Shown: one piece after another, positions 10,380 to 20,921 of the stretch
Position numbering within the stretch: the stretch's first letter is position 1
Layout of the letters: the number at the start of each line of letters is the position of its first letter
Assembly: GCA_963841915.1 (NCBI GenBank)
Contig: CAWJEN010000005.1
Span: 544,001-608,000 of the forward strand
DNA: 64,000 nucleotides
Source of the DNA: an uncultured Planctomycetota bacterium
GTDB taxonomy: Bacteria; Planctomycetota; Phycisphaerae; Tepidisphaerales; Tepidisphaeraceae
Direction of reading: 5' to 3'
The notes under the pieces: model-generated
What the model saw: the letters and a program-made list of their open reading frames with translations, nothing else
The model's database searches: none
Told to the model about the DNA's origin: nothing
Position numbers and translations under genes: made by a program

Positions 10380-11600
10380 ATGCCTGAACGTCCTGGCAAG
10401 CCTTGCCGACTGTGCGGAATCGACCTATCGCGAAGTCGACGTATCGGAGACGGAGAGGGTGGCTACTTCTGTAAACCCTGTTTCAAAGCCGATCGCGCAC
10501 GGACGTCGGCTGCGGCGACCGCCCCCGAATCGGGAGTCCCTCTCGACGAACTAAACGAGGTGCCTGCCACCGACACGGTCCTCGGTCCTTTCGAGCGTGG
10601 AATGATCGCCGCGGGAGCAGTTGCCTGCGTGCTCCTGGTTGGCGGGGTCATCTACTTGTTTGAATTTCGGGACAAGTGGGAGAACGAGCATCGTCAGCAG
10701 ATCGTTACGATGATTTATGACGCACGAGGCTTAGTCCAACGAGATGAACTGGACGCTGCCAAAGATCGATATAACGCAGCTTTTGGACTGGTGGGTGATC
10801 GAGAATTGCGATCGAAGGAATTGACTACGATGCTGACTGAAGCAGAATCGGAGGCCGATCGGCTGGACGGGAGAATCGAGTCGAAGCGAGAGCAAGAGCG
10901 TCAGGCAGAGGCGCAAGTGGAAGCCGACCGGCTTGCGAAACTGGATTTGGAGGCTCGTCAGCGGCGAGCGAGGGAACGAAAGGCTACAGAAGAGAAAGCC
11001 GCTCGCTCCCGCGTAGCGAGCATGAATGTGCACGAAGCTTCCGAAGCAGGTGAAGTTGGTCGCCTTCGAGAACTGCTGGATGCTGTCCCCGAGCTGGCTC
11101 GACGCAGGGATCGGGATTGGTTGAATGAAACGCCCCTTCACGTTGCCAAGAACGGACAAGTCGTTGATCTGCTTGTATCGAAAGGTGCCGTAGTAGATGC
11201 ACCGACATCAGCATCGCGGAAGACGCCGCTCTACATGGCAGTTCAGGAGGGGAGACTAGACGCTGTGCGAGCGCTGCTGCGGCATGGGGCGGATGCCAAT
11301 TTCGAAACCGGGTACGGCAGCGCGCTGAACGAGGCTCTGAGTTCAGATAAGAAGGATATCGCTGAAGTGCTGCTGGCGAATGGTGCAGACATCAACTCAA
11401 CAGAAGGTATTTATCCACGCGCACCCCTTCACGCGGCGGTTGTTGCAGATGACCTTGAGATGGTGAAGTTCCTTTTGGCGCACGGGGCTGAGGTGAACGT
11501 TCACGGAGGTGAAGGCACCCCACTGGATGTCGCGATCAAGGTGAACAATGTCGATATGGCTATTTTCTTGCGCAAGCAAGGCGGCATCAGCACCCGCTGA
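10380..11600 (+). CDS. Membrane-anchored ankyrin-repeat protein with N-terminal CxxC...CxxC zinc finger and coiled coil
   Basis: CRLC...CKPC, one TM helix, repeated TPLH/TPLY...LL.HGA.VN ankyrin motifs; visibly lower GC than neighbours. Confidence 0.9.
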   Translation: MPERPGKPCRLCGIDLSRSRRIGDGEGGYFCKPCFKADRARTSAAATAPESGVPLDELNEVPATDTVLGPFERGMIAAGAVACVLLVGGVIYLFEFRDKWENEHRQQIVTMIYDARGLVQRDELDAAKDRYNAAFGLVGDRELRSKELTTMLTEAESEADRLDGRIESKREQERQAEAQVEADRLAKLDLEARQRRARERKATEEKAARSRVASMNVHEASEAGEVGRLRELLDAVPELARRRDRDWLNETPLHVAKNGQVVDLLVSKGAVVDAPTSASRKTPLYMAVQEGRLDAVRALLRHGADANFETGYGSALNEALSSDKKDIAEVLLANGADINSTEGIYPRAPLHAAVVADDLEMVKFLLAHGAEVNVHGGEGTPLDVAIKVNNVDMAIFLRKQGGISTR

Positions 11601-11621
11601 TTAAGTGAAAGGGTAGACTGG

Positions 11622-11692
11622 GGCAGATAATGGGTCGCGAGCCTTTCTCTGCTGCTCCTCATCAACCTAGAAGAGGCTCGCGACCCCTTTTC
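11622..11692. repeat. Inverted doublet of the AAGGGGTCGCGAGC-family repeat
   Basis: ggcagataatgggtcgcgagcc ... ggctcgcgaccccttttc. Confidence 0.85.
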
Positions 11693-11698
11693 GCCTTC

Positions 11699-11931
11699 CT
11701 GCATAAAAGTCTCCCTGGATGAACGAATAACGAGCGGCAAGCCTGCCGCGTGCGCGAACACCGTCGCGACTTCGTCCCGCCGTGTCAAGGCAAACCAATC
11801 GACGGCATGCTCTCTACGCAACATGGCCGGGCGCTCTCGCGCCCGACCACCTTATGAACCTCCAGTTGCTTACGCCGCTAGTTTCATCGGCGGCTTTGGG
11901 TGGGCCGTTGTGGTGGTGGGGGGGGGGGGGG
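11699..11931. repeat. 191-bp direct repeat copy B fused to a copy of 9740-9782 ending in a G14 tract
   Basis: 11699-11889 matches 8407-8597; 11885-11927 matches 9740-9782; the junction shares CATCG. Confidence 0.9.
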
Positions 11932-11933
11932 TG

Positions 11934-13154
11934 CTACGCCGCCAGGGCGGCGGCGATGGCGGGGTCGATGCTGAGGTTCTTGCCGAACTCGCCGGGTTCG
12001 AAGAGGTGGCACTCGTTCATGTTCACCGCGAGGTGGGCCGCCTGGCCGTCGGCGATGCCGACCTTGGCCGGGACGCGGGCGACGAGGGCATCGTGGTACT
12101 TCGTGCCGAAGTAGAGGTCCATGTCGCTGCCGAGCGGTTCGATGACGCCGATGAGGATGTCGATCGTGCGGCCGGGCTCGCTGGCACCGGCGAGCGTGAA
12201 GTGCTCGGGCCGAACACCCAGGACGAGGTGATCACCGGTGCGACTGGCAGCGGCGGCGGCGAGGCGCTCGGGCAAGGCCAGGCGGAACCCGTCACCGGGA
12301 TTGGTCAGGTCGCCGTCGGTGAGGATGACGGCATCCGGATCGTCGGCGTTGCCACTCGTGTGCGTGTTCTCGAGCTTGCCCTCTTCGAAGTAAAGCGTGC
12401 CGCCCTCGTCGATGACGCGGCCGTGGAAGAACTTGGTGGGCGGCGTGCCGATGAAGCCGGCGACGTACCGGTTGGCCGGACTGCGATACATCTCCAGCGG
12501 CGGGGCGACCTGTTGGACCATGCCGTTGCTCATGATGACGATGCGATCGCCGAGCGTCATGGCCTCTTCCTGGTCGTGCGTGACGTAGATGGTCGTCGTC
12601 TTGAGTCGCTTGTGCAGGCGCTTGAGCTCGGCCCGCGTGCTGACACGCAGCTTGGCGTCGAGGTTCGACAACGGCTCGTCGAAGAGGAAGCAGCTCGGGT
12701 CGCGAACGATGGCACGGCCCAGGGCGACGCGTTGACGTTGACCGCCTGAGAGGGCTTTGGGTTTGCGGTCGAGCAGGTGCTCGATGTCGAGGATCTTGGC
12801 TGCGTTGCGTACCCGCTCGTCGATCTCGGCGCGGGGCGTTTTGCGGAGCTTCAGGCCGAACGCCATGTTCTTGTACACCGTCATGTGCGGGTACAGGGCG
12901 TAGTTCTGGAACACCATCGCGATGTCGCGGTCCTTGGGTGCGACGTTGTTGACGACGCGGTCACCGATGGCGATGGTGCCGCCGGAGATTTCTTCGAGGC
13001 CTGCCACCATGCGGAGGGTCGTGCTCTTGCCGCAACCCGACGGGCCGACGAAGACGACAAACTCGCCGTCGTTGATGGACAGGTTCACGTTTTCGACAGC
13101 GGTGACGTTGCCGGGGTAGACCTTGGTGACGTTATTGAGCAGGACGCGGGCCAT
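11934..13154 (-). CDS. ugpC: Sugar ABC transporter ATP-binding protein (UgpC/MalK/MsiK family), stand-alone
   Basis: GPSGCGKST, MVFQNYALYPHM, LSGGQRQRVALGR, FDEPLSNLDAKLR, YVTHDQEEAM. Confidence 0.92.
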   Translation of the reverse strand: MARVLLNNVTKVYPGNVTAVENVNLSINDGEFVVFVGPSGCGKSTTLRMVAGLEEISGGTIAIGDRVVNNVAPKDRDIAMVFQNYALYPHMTVYKNMAFGLKLRKTPRAEIDERVRNAAKILDIEHLLDRKPKALSGGQRQRVALGRAIVRDPSCFLFDEPLSNLDAKLRVSTRAELKRLHKRLKTTTIYVTHDQEEAMTLGDRIVIMSNGMVQQVAPPLEMYRSPANRYVAGFIGTPPTKFFHGRVIDEGGTLYFEEGKLENTHTSGNADDPDAVILTDGDLTNPGDGFRLALPERLAAAAASRTGDHLVLGVRPEHFTLAGASEPGRTIDILIGVIEPLGSDMDLYFGTKYHDALVARVPAKVGIADGQAAHLAVNMNECHLFEPGEFGKNLSIDPAIAAALAA

Positions 13155-13337
13155 GATGCGATTGGGTTCCTCTGAACGTTGGTTGACGTTGTGCGGGGGC
13201 GGTTGGACGACCTTAACACGGCCGGGCGGGCGGGGCGAATGCAAGCCGCGAGTGACGCTGCCTCTAAGGTACTGCTGGCAGCGTGCTGGCTCAAAAAGGG
13301 CATATCGCCGCTTGGGCGACCGTGCGTGGATCTGCTT

Positions 13338-14291
13338 CTACGGGTGCAGAATCGAGTCGATCTGCTCGATGACCTCGTCGTCGAGCGTGATGCCGCTGGC
13401 CTCGACGTTCTCTTTAAGCTGTTTGGGCTTGGTCGCCCCGACGATGACACTGCTCACCTCGTCGCGACGCAGGCACCACGCCAAGGCGAGCTGGGCGAGC
13501 GTGCAGCCGGTTTCGTCGGCGACGGGCTGGAGCTGTTGCACCCGCCCCAGCAACGACTTGTCGGCGACGATGTTCTTGATGAACTGGTTCTGACGATCGT
13601 CCTTGGCCCGCGAGTCGCCGGGCGTCGGTTCGTCGGGCTTGTACTTGCCGGTAAGCACGCCCTGGGCAAGCGGGCTGTAGCAGACCTGCCCGATCCCGCG
13701 GCCGTGGCACAGCGGAAAGATGTCTTGCTCGGGGTCCTTCTGCAGCGCGTTGTACTGTGGCTGACTGCTCCGCGGCTGGTAGAACCCTTCGCTATCGCAC
13801 AGGTCCAGGCACGCCTTGATCTGCTCGGCCGTCCACTGGCTAAAGCCCCAGTAGACGATCTTGCCCTGCTTGACAAGGTCGTCCATCGCCCGCACGGTCT
13901 CTTCGAGTGGCGTCTCCTCGTCCCAGCGGTGGCATTGGTACAGATCGATGTGGCTCGTCCGCAGGCGGCGGAGCGAGGCCTCGCAAGACTCAACAAGGTG
14001 CTTGCGGCCGAGGCCACGCTGGGTCGGCAGGTCGCCCATCGGGAAAAAGACCTTCGTCGCCAGCACGTACGCGTCGCGGGGACGGTCGGCGAGCAGGTGG
14101 CCCCAGACGGCCTCACACTCGCCGCGGGCGTAGACGTTGGCGTTGTCCAGGAACGTCACGCCGCAGTCGAAGGCAGCGTCCATGACCTCTTTGGCCCGGT
14201 CCTGCGTCAGGGCGTTGCCGAACGTGAGCCAGCCACCAAGGCCGATTTCGGAGACTTTGGTGCCGGTGTTCCCGAGCGGGCGGTACTTCAT
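13338..14291 (-). CDS. Aldo/keto reductase (Kv-beta/Tas-like)
   Basis: GLGGWLTFG, DNANVY, ATKVF, IDLYQCH, SPLAQGVLTGKY. Confidence 0.93.
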   Translation of the reverse strand: MKYRPLGNTGTKVSEIGLGGWLTFGNALTQDRAKEVMDAAFDCGVTFLDNANVYARGECEAVWGHLLADRPRDAYVLATKVFFPMGDLPTQRGLGRKHLVESCEASLRRLRTSHIDLYQCHRWDEETPLEETVRAMDDLVKQGKIVYWGFSQWTAEQIKACLDLCDSEGFYQPRSSQPQYNALQKDPEQDIFPLCHGRGIGQVCYSPLAQGVLTGKYKPDEPTPGDSRAKDDRQNQFIKNIVADKSLLGRVQQLQPVADETGCTLAQLALAWCLRRDEVSSVIVGATKPKQLKENVEASGITLDDEVIEQIDSILHP

Positions 14292-14481
14292 GGGACGGTT
14301 GTAGCCGCAGCCGGGTCGTGGCTCAACTGCGGCGGCCCTCTAGCGTACTGCGGGCGAACCGTGATGGGTCCGGAACCGTCTAAGAAGGCGGCGGGATTAT
14401 TGCCTGCGACTTGTCGTCGTCGTGGTGCTTTAGACTCTGCACCCGGTTCCTCCGGCTTCCACCTTGATCGAGACCTTCAAC

Positions 14482-17400
14482 ATGCCAGCTTCTTTAACGC
14501 ATCGTGCCCGTCGCATCGTTTCTCTGGCAGCGGGGGCGGCGGTCGTCGCCGCGCTGGCAATGCCGGCTTCGGGCGAGCCGGAAGTCGCCGCCACAAACGT
14601 TGATGGCACGATTTCGCTGACGCCTGCGCAGATCCAGGCCATGATGGCCGCCCGGTCCAGCGGGCCCAAGAGCGACAACGACGACCTGCCGTCCGTTGAC
14701 AAAGTTGCCGATGGCCTCAAGCACGAAGTCGGCAGTGACGGCGGGCTCTTCAGCGTCTACTACGCCGCCGACCCGTCGTATGACACGCAGGGCAAGATCC
14801 TTGCCGCCCTGCCGGGCAACCTCATGAACACCGAGCTGCTGCTGGCGACCAGCATCGGCAGTGGTCAGCTGGCCGGTTACCAGTGGAGTGACTACCTCAT
14901 CCGCATGGAGCGTCGTGGCGACGAGATCGCCGTGATGGTGCCCGATCTCTTCAACCGGGGCGGCGGTACCATCGCCGAAACCGTCAACCGCACTTACCAG
15001 CCGCGCGTCCTCGTCACCTTGCCCATCGTGGCCAAGGGTGCCGGCGGCGAGACGGTCGTCGACCTGTCACCGCTGACCCTCGGCGGAGCCATTCCGGTGC
15101 CCGGTAGCGGCTTTGCCAATCGCAGCCTGTCCCGGCACACGCAGGTCAAGGTGTTCCCGGACAACGTGCTTATCGAGGCCGAGCGGGTCAGCAGCGGGCA
15201 ACAGCCTCAGCTCGTGAGCTTCTCGTTCCGCCGCCTGCCGCAACGCGACGGGTATCGGCCGCGTGTCAGCGACGAGCGGATCGGCTACTTCGAGACCGTC
15301 AGCCAGGACTGGGGCAAGCCATTCGACGCCCGCGAGACGATCGACCGGTACGTCAACCGCTGGCACGTCGAGAAGCTCGACGAGTCGCTCGAGATGAGCC
15401 CGCCCAAAGAGCCCATCATCTTCTACGTCGAAAGCACTGTCCCGATCCGCTGGCGGAAGGCCGTGCAGGACGGCATCGACGAATGGAACAAGGCCTTTGA
15501 ACAGGTTGGCATCGTCGGCGCCATCGAGGTTCGTCAGCAGACTGACTCTCAGTACTCAGACATCGACCCGGCCGACGCCCGGTACAACTTCATCCGCTGG
15601 ATCGTCAGCGGCCGAGCCTTTGCAATGGGCCCGAGCCGTGTCGACCCGCGTACCGGCCAGATCCTCGATGCCGACATCATCTTCGACGATTCGATGTTGC
15701 GGTTCTTCCAGGACGACCTCGAGCTCCTGTCACCTAAGGCGTTGGTCGAGACATTTGGGCCTGAGAAGGTCGCATTCTGGGCAGAGAATCCCGGCTTCCG
15801 GCCGATGGGTGTAACCGCCGATGACCTGCAGATCGCGCTGAACGACGCGATTGATTCGCAGATGCTCTTCGGTGCAGGCGGCAGCAACATGGCCGTCGAC
15901 TCGGATGGCTCGGTCAGCCGCATGGTCCGCCGGCGTTTGGCCGGTGCGGCAGGCGTTGACCTCGTCGAAGATCACATCGTTGCCAGCCGTTCGGCGGCCG
16001 GGCACGGCGTGTGCAATTTCGCCAGCGGTGTCCGCAGGCAGATGGCCTTGGCTCACCTCGCCGGTGCCGCCCCGACGACGCAGCCTGATTCAGTCGACGA
16101 GTCGATGGACGACGAGATGCCTGACGAGGTGGACGAGGCTGTCGACGAGATCGGCGAAGCCGTTGAAGCCGTTGGCGATGCCATCGAGGCCGTTGCCGAC
16201 AGCAAGTACACGAAGCAGGATCTGCCCGACGCGTTCCTGGAACTCATCGTCAAGGAAGTCGTCGCCCACGAGGTCGGCCACACGCTTGGCCTGCGACACA
16301 ACTTTAAGGCGTCGAGCTGGCTGACGCTCGACGAGATCAAGGAGCGGCGTGGCGACGCGACGCTACCGACCAGTGCCAGCGTGATGGACTACAACCCCGT
16401 CCTGCTGTTTGCCGGTGACGATCCGTCGAACATCGAGACCTTCATCACGCCCGTGCTTGGCCCGTACGACAACTGGGCCATCGAGTACGGCTACAAGATT
16501 CTGCCGCGTCGCACTGAGAAGCAAGAGCTCGAGAAGATCGCCAGCCAAAGCGGCAAGGCTGAGTATGCCTACGCCACCGACGAAGACGTGATGGGTTCGG
16601 CCAGTCCGGATCCTGATGCGAACCGCTTCGACATGTCGGCCAATCCGGTCGCCTGGGCCAAGAGCCGCGTCGAGCTTGGCGACGAACTGCTCAAGGGCGT
16701 TGAAGATTGGGCGATCGGTGAGGGCGAGCGGAACGCTTTCCTGCGTCGCGCGTTCCTGAACCTGTTCTTCGAGCGGGTCGGTGCGACGCGCTACGTCGTC
16801 CGCCAGATCGGTGGTCAGAACTTCAGCCGCACGCACTTCGGCGATGCAATCGAGGGTGGCCAGCAGCCGGGTCTGACGCCGCTGTCCGCTGCCGAGCAGC
16901 GTGAGGCGCTCGACTACCTGGCCGAAACCGTTTTTGCCGACGGCTTCTTCAATCTGGATCCCGACCTACTCAACAAGCTCGCCGCCGACCGATCAGTCGT
17001 CTCGTCATGGCCGCAGGCTCGGATCGACTTCCCGATCCACGACTACGTGTTGCGTGCCCAGAATTACAGCCTGAGTCACCTGTGTGACCCGACGGTGCTG
17101 CAGCGGATCTACGACGCCGAGCTCAAGACGGCCGACGGTGACGACAAGCTCACCGCCGCCGAGACGGTTATCGCCGTGAAGGACGCGGTTTGGAAAGAGA
17201 TCGGCAGCGGCAACGTCGACAGCCTGCGTCGCAACCTGCAACAGCAGCACCTCGACTACCTGCTGGAGATGGCCGACAGCGAGCCGGGCCGCTTGATGGC
17301 CGCCGACTTGCGGACGCAGGTGCGGTACCAGCTTCGCCTGCTCGCGACCGAGCTGGGCGAGGCCACACAGGGCGACCTCGATGCCATGACAGCCGCCCAC

Positions 17401-17511
17401 TACGTCGAGAGTGCCGACCGCATCATGAAGGTGCTCAACGCACCGCACATGGAGGCGAGCGGTGGTGGTGGCGGGACCATCATCATGATGCTCGGCCAGG
17501 AAGACGAGTAG
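14482..17511 (+). CDS. Exported zinc-dependent metalloprotease (EcxA-like, DUF5117/DUF4953 met-zincin)
   Basis: Signal peptide; DPRTGQILDADI; HEVGHTLGLRHNF zinc motif; SVMDY Met-turn. Confidence 0.9.
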   Translation: MPASLTHRARRIVSLAAGAAVVAALAMPASGEPEVAATNVDGTISLTPAQIQAMMAARSSGPKSDNDDLPSVDKVADGLKHEVGSDGGLFSVYYAADPSYDTQGKILAALPGNLMNTELLLATSIGSGQLAGYQWSDYLIRMERRGDEIAVMVPDLFNRGGGTIAETVNRTYQPRVLVTLPIVAKGAGGETVVDLSPLTLGGAIPVPGSGFANRSLSRHTQVKVFPDNVLIEAERVSSGQQPQLVSFSFRRLPQRDGYRPRVSDERIGYFETVSQDWGKPFDARETIDRYVNRWHVEKLDESLEMSPPKEPIIFYVESTVPIRWRKAVQDGIDEWNKAFEQVGIVGAIEVRQQTDSQYSDIDPADARYNFIRWIVSGRAFAMGPSRVDPRTGQILDADIIFDDSMLRFFQDDLELLSPKALVETFGPEKVAFWAENPGFRPMGVTADDLQIALNDAIDSQMLFGAGGSNMAVDSDGSVSRMVRRRLAGAAGVDLVEDHIVASRSAAGHGVCNFASGVRRQMALAHLAGAAPTTQPDSVDESMDDEMPDEVDEAVDEIGEAVEAVGDAIEAVADSKYTKQDLPDAFLELIVKEVVAHEVGHTLGLRHNFKASSWLTLDEIKERRGDATLPTSASVMDYNPVLLFAGDDPSNIETFITPVLGPYDNWAIEYGYKILPRRTEKQELEKIASQSGKAEYAYATDEDVMGSASPDPDANRFDMSANPVAWAKSRVELGDELLKGVEDWAIGEGERNAFLRRAFLNLFFERVGATRYVVRQIGGQNFSRTHFGDAIEGGQQPGLTPLSAAEQREALDYLAETVFADGFFNLDPDLLNKLAADRSVVSSWPQARIDFPIHDYVLRAQNYSLSHLCDPTVLQRIYDAELKTADGDDKLTAAETVIAVKDAVWKEIGSGNVDSLRRNLQQQHLDYLLEMADSEPGRLMAADLRTQVRYQLRLLATELGEATQGDLDAMTAAHYVESADRIMKVLNAPHMEASGGGGGTIIMMLGQEDE

Positions 17512-17538
17512 TCACACCTCGCAACATCCGTTGACGCA

Positions 17539-17564
17539 ACGCCCGCAGCTTTTGCTGCGGGCGT
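17539..17564 (+). terminator. Probable intrinsic terminator after the metalloprotease
   Basis: ACGCCCGCAGC-TTTT-GCTGCGGGCGT hairpin followed by GTTGCTTT. Confidence 0.6.
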
Positions 17565-17586
17565 GTTGCTTTGTATCGTCTTTGCC

Positions 17587-18727
17587 GTGCCGACGCGTCA
17601 CTGGCTCACGCTCTCGATGACGCCGCGGCTCGGCCCTGTGCGCGGGCGGCAACTCGTCGAGGCCGCCGGTTCGTCGCACGCGGCCGCCGACGGCCAGCAA
17701 CTCGGCAGCGTCAAAGGCATCGGCAAGGACAAGATCGCCGACCTCGCCCGCGACCTCCGCACGGCCGCGGGCAAAGCCGACCGAGAACTCGAGCGGGCAG
17801 ACCGGCTGGGCCTGACGCTCATCTCGCCCGACGACGACCTGTGGCCGCCGTCACTGATCGGCCTGAGCGACGCGCCGCTGGTGCTATGGGTGTGGGGCGA
17901 CCTGCAGCCCCGCGACCTGCACGCCATCAGCATCGTCGGTAGCCGAAAGCCGACCGTCTACGGCCGCGAACAGGCGCGGCGGTTCGCCGGTGGCTTTGCC
18001 ATGGCCGGTGCAACGATTGTCAGCGGCGGTGCGTACGGCGTCGACACGCACGCACACCGCGGCGCACTCGACGCCACCAATGGCCGAACGATCGTCGTAC
18101 TCGGCAGCGGGTGCGACCGGGCGTATCCGGAGGAGAACGAAGCGTTGTTTGCCGAAGTCGCCGACGGTCGCGGGGCGATCATGAGCGAGCTGCCGCCGGG
18201 GACGAGCCCGAGGCGAGAGCACTTTCCGCGACGCAACCGCATCATCAGCGGCCTGAGTCGCGGCGTCTCTGGTTGTCGAGGCGGCTGCCCGAAGCGGTGC
18301 GCTCATCACGGCACGCGTTGCCGCCGATGATCATGGCCGGCCTGTCTTTGCCTTGCCCGGTCGCGTCGACAACGACATGGCCGCAGGTCCGCTTGCATTG
18401 CTTAAGGATGGTGCACATTTGGCTTTGTCACCGGCCGACGTGCTGGCCCAGCTCGGCCCGCTGACCGCCGCCGCCGTCGACCCGTCGCCGTCGCCCAAGA
18501 CGCTGTTCGAGCCGGCCGAGTCGAAGGCCAAGCCCGCCGTCGCGGTGGCGGCGAACGACGACGAGGCCAAGCTGCTTGACGAACTCGGCGACGGCCCGCT
18601 CGGTGCCGACGAGCTTTGCGACCGCACCGGCTTGCCTGCCGCGACCGTCACCAGCCGCCTGACGCTCATGAGCCTCCGCGGCCTCGCCCGCCGCGTCGGC
18701 GGCAACCGGTACGAGCGTGTGGTGTAG
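17587..18727 (+). CDS. dprA: DNA-processing protein DprA, split by a 1-nt insertion near 18268
   Basis: IVGSR, IVSGGAYGVD, FPRRNRIISGLS; removing one T gives VLVVEAAARSGALITA...VFALPG and a C-terminal winged helix. Confidence 0.92.
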
Positions 18728-18735
18728 CGTTGCGG

Positions 18736-19230
18736 GTGCCCCTGCCTGTCGAGTTCGTCGCCGTCTATGTCGTACGGGAGTGCGACGGGCGGCACGAGGC
18801 GTTGCAGCTCAAGCGGTCGATCGGTCGCTACCTCGGGGGCCAATGGTCTTTTGCGGGCGGACATGTCGAGGCCGGTGAGTCGCCGCAGCGGGCGGCGGTG
18901 CGTGAGTTGCAGGAGGAGACGGGTGTCGCAGCGAGCGACATGCGGGTGATGACGCATTTGTCGAGCGTCGAGACCGTCTTTTCCCCGACATTCGGAGGCG
19001 TGGTGCTGCGGGCGGGATTCTGCTGCGTCGTCGGGGCCGATACGGTGGTGAAGCTGAACGACGAGCACACCGACACCCGATGGATCGGCAGGAGCGACTT
19101 TGCCCGCTGCGTCCTGTGGCCCGGCGAACGGGCGGCGTTGGCGGAGATCTGGCGGGAACACCTGCGGCCGTCGCCAGCGCTCCACCTGCGGCAGCTCGAC
19201 CCGGCCGACCCTGATCGCGCACAATGCTGA
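18736..19230 (+). CDS. NUDIX hydrolase
   Basis: GGHVEAGESPQRAAVRELQEETG Nudix box; LNDEH. Confidence 0.9.
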   Translation: MPLPVEFVAVYVVRECDGRHEALQLKRSIGRYLGGQWSFAGGHVEAGESPQRAAVRELQEETGVAASDMRVMTHLSSVETVFSPTFGGVVLRAGFCCVVGADTVVKLNDEHTDTRWIGRSDFARCVLWPGERAALAEIWREHLRPSPALHLRQLDPADPDRAQC

Positions 19231-20870
19231 TGCCCATGCAAGCCGACGAAGCCACCGCCACCAACGCGACCACCACCGAGGCGGCTACCCACGCCTACCC
19301 GAGTCACCTCACCGGTGAGTCGCTGCGCCTCGCGGCCATCGATGTCGGCAGCAACTCGATCCACATGGTTGTCGCCCAGATCGACCCCGACGGCGGCGTC
19401 ACGACGCTGTGGCGGATGAAGGAATACACCGGCCTCGGTAGGGCAACGTTCCCGAAGCGTCGCCTGTCGAAGGAATCCATTGATCGGGCGCTGGCGTCGC
19501 TGGCCCGGTTCAAGCACGCCGCCCAGAGCAAGTCGGCGGAAAAGATCGTCGCCGTCGCCACGAGTGCCGTCCGCGAGGCGGCCAACGGCGGCGAACTCAT
19601 CGACCGGGCCTGGGCAGAACATCGCATTCGAGTTCGCCTTGTCGACGCACGCGAAGAGGCTCGGCTCATCTACCTCGGGGCACGACACGGCGGCTCGTTT
19701 GGTGACTCACCCGACGTGCCCGGCCTGCTTCTCGACATCGGCGGCGGTAGCGCGGAAGTGATCGTCGGCACGAACGAGCGGGCGATGATTCTGGAGAGCT
19801 ACAAGCTCGGCGCCGCCCGCATGACGGCCCGCTTCATCAAGAGCGATCCACCGACGAAGGAAGAAGTCGAGAGGCTTCGCAGGCACTACCAGAGCGAGCT
19901 GACGCCACTGATCGAGAGCAGCGTCGAGCAGCTTCAGCCCAAGCGATTTGCCGGTACGAGCGGCACGTTGGAGAACGTCGCGGCCATGTGTTGCCCGACG
20001 CTGGCCGAAGGCGAGACGCCACACATCGCGAAGAAGCCGCTCGACAAGCTGGCCAAGTCGCTGCTGAAAATGGATGCCGACGCCCGTGCCGAGGTGCCGG
20101 GACTCGACGCGCAGCGACGAACACAGATCGTGGCCGGTGTGGTGCTGGCTCAGGAGGTCATGAACCTCGTCAAGCCGCTGGGCCTCGACCGCATTGAAAT
20201 TTGCGGCAGCGCGCTTCGCGAGGGCATTCTGGTGGATTACGTCGAACGCAAGCTGCCCAAGATGCAGATCCGTCGCGACGTGCCCGACCCGAGACGGCGG
20301 AGCGTGCTCGATTTGTGCCGCCGCAGCGCCTGGCACAAGGACCACTCGCAGCAGGTCACGTTCCTGGCGATGCGGCTGTTCGACGAGTTGCAGGGCACGC
20401 ACGGCCTCGGACCGATCGACCGGGAGCTTGTCGAGTACGCCAGCCTCATGCACGACATCGGCTGGCACATCGGTGGCAAAGGGCACCACAAGCACAGCGC
20501 CTACCTCATCCGCCACGGCCGCCTCAAAAGCTTCACCGAGGAAGAGGTCGAGGTGCTCGCCCTCATCGCCCGGTACCACCGCAAGGCCACGCCAACTAAA
20601 AAGCACGACGAGTACAAGCAGCTCTCCTCACGAGCACGCAAGACAGTCGACTATGGCGCTGCCATTCTGCGGGTCGCCGACGGTCTCGACCGCAGCCACA
20701 GCAGCGTCGTCCGCGACCTCTCGGCCAGACTGCACGGCAAGCCGGACAAGAAGATCATCGTCACGCTACAGGTTAAGGGTGACGCGCAGCTGGAGCTCTA
20801 CGGCGCTACACGGAAGGCCGAGTGGTTCAGCGAGGTATTCGGGCGGCCTTTGGAGTTGAAGGTGAAGTAG
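19224..20870 (+). CDS. ppx: Ppx/GppA exopolyphosphatase with C-terminal HD domain
   Basis: AAIDVGSNS, ATSAVREAAN, EEARLIYLG, DIGGGSAE, ALREG, MHDIG. Confidence 0.93.
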   Translation: MLMPMQADEATATNATTTEAATHAYPSHLTGESLRLAAIDVGSNSIHMVVAQIDPDGGVTTLWRMKEYTGLGRATFPKRRLSKESIDRALASLARFKHAAQSKSAEKIVAVATSAVREAANGGELIDRAWAEHRIRVRLVDAREEARLIYLGARHGGSFGDSPDVPGLLLDIGGGSAEVIVGTNERAMILESYKLGAARMTARFIKSDPPTKEEVERLRRHYQSELTPLIESSVEQLQPKRFAGTSGTLENVAAMCCPTLAEGETPHIAKKPLDKLAKSLLKMDADARAEVPGLDAQRRTQIVAGVVLAQEVMNLVKPLGLDRIEICGSALREGILVDYVERKLPKMQIRRDVPDPRRRSVLDLCRRSAWHKDHSQQVTFLAMRLFDELQGTHGLGPIDRELVEYASLMHDIGWHIGGKGHHKHSAYLIRHGRLKSFTEEEVEVLALIARYHRKATPTKKHDEYKQLSSRARKTVDYGAAILRVADGLDRSHSSVVRDLSARLHGKPDKKIIVTLQVKGDAQLELYGATRKAEWFSEVFGRPLELKVK

Positions 20871-20921
20871 TCGTCCGCCCCAGTCACACTAGAAAGATTG
20901 CCCTGCGGCTACCGTCAGGTC

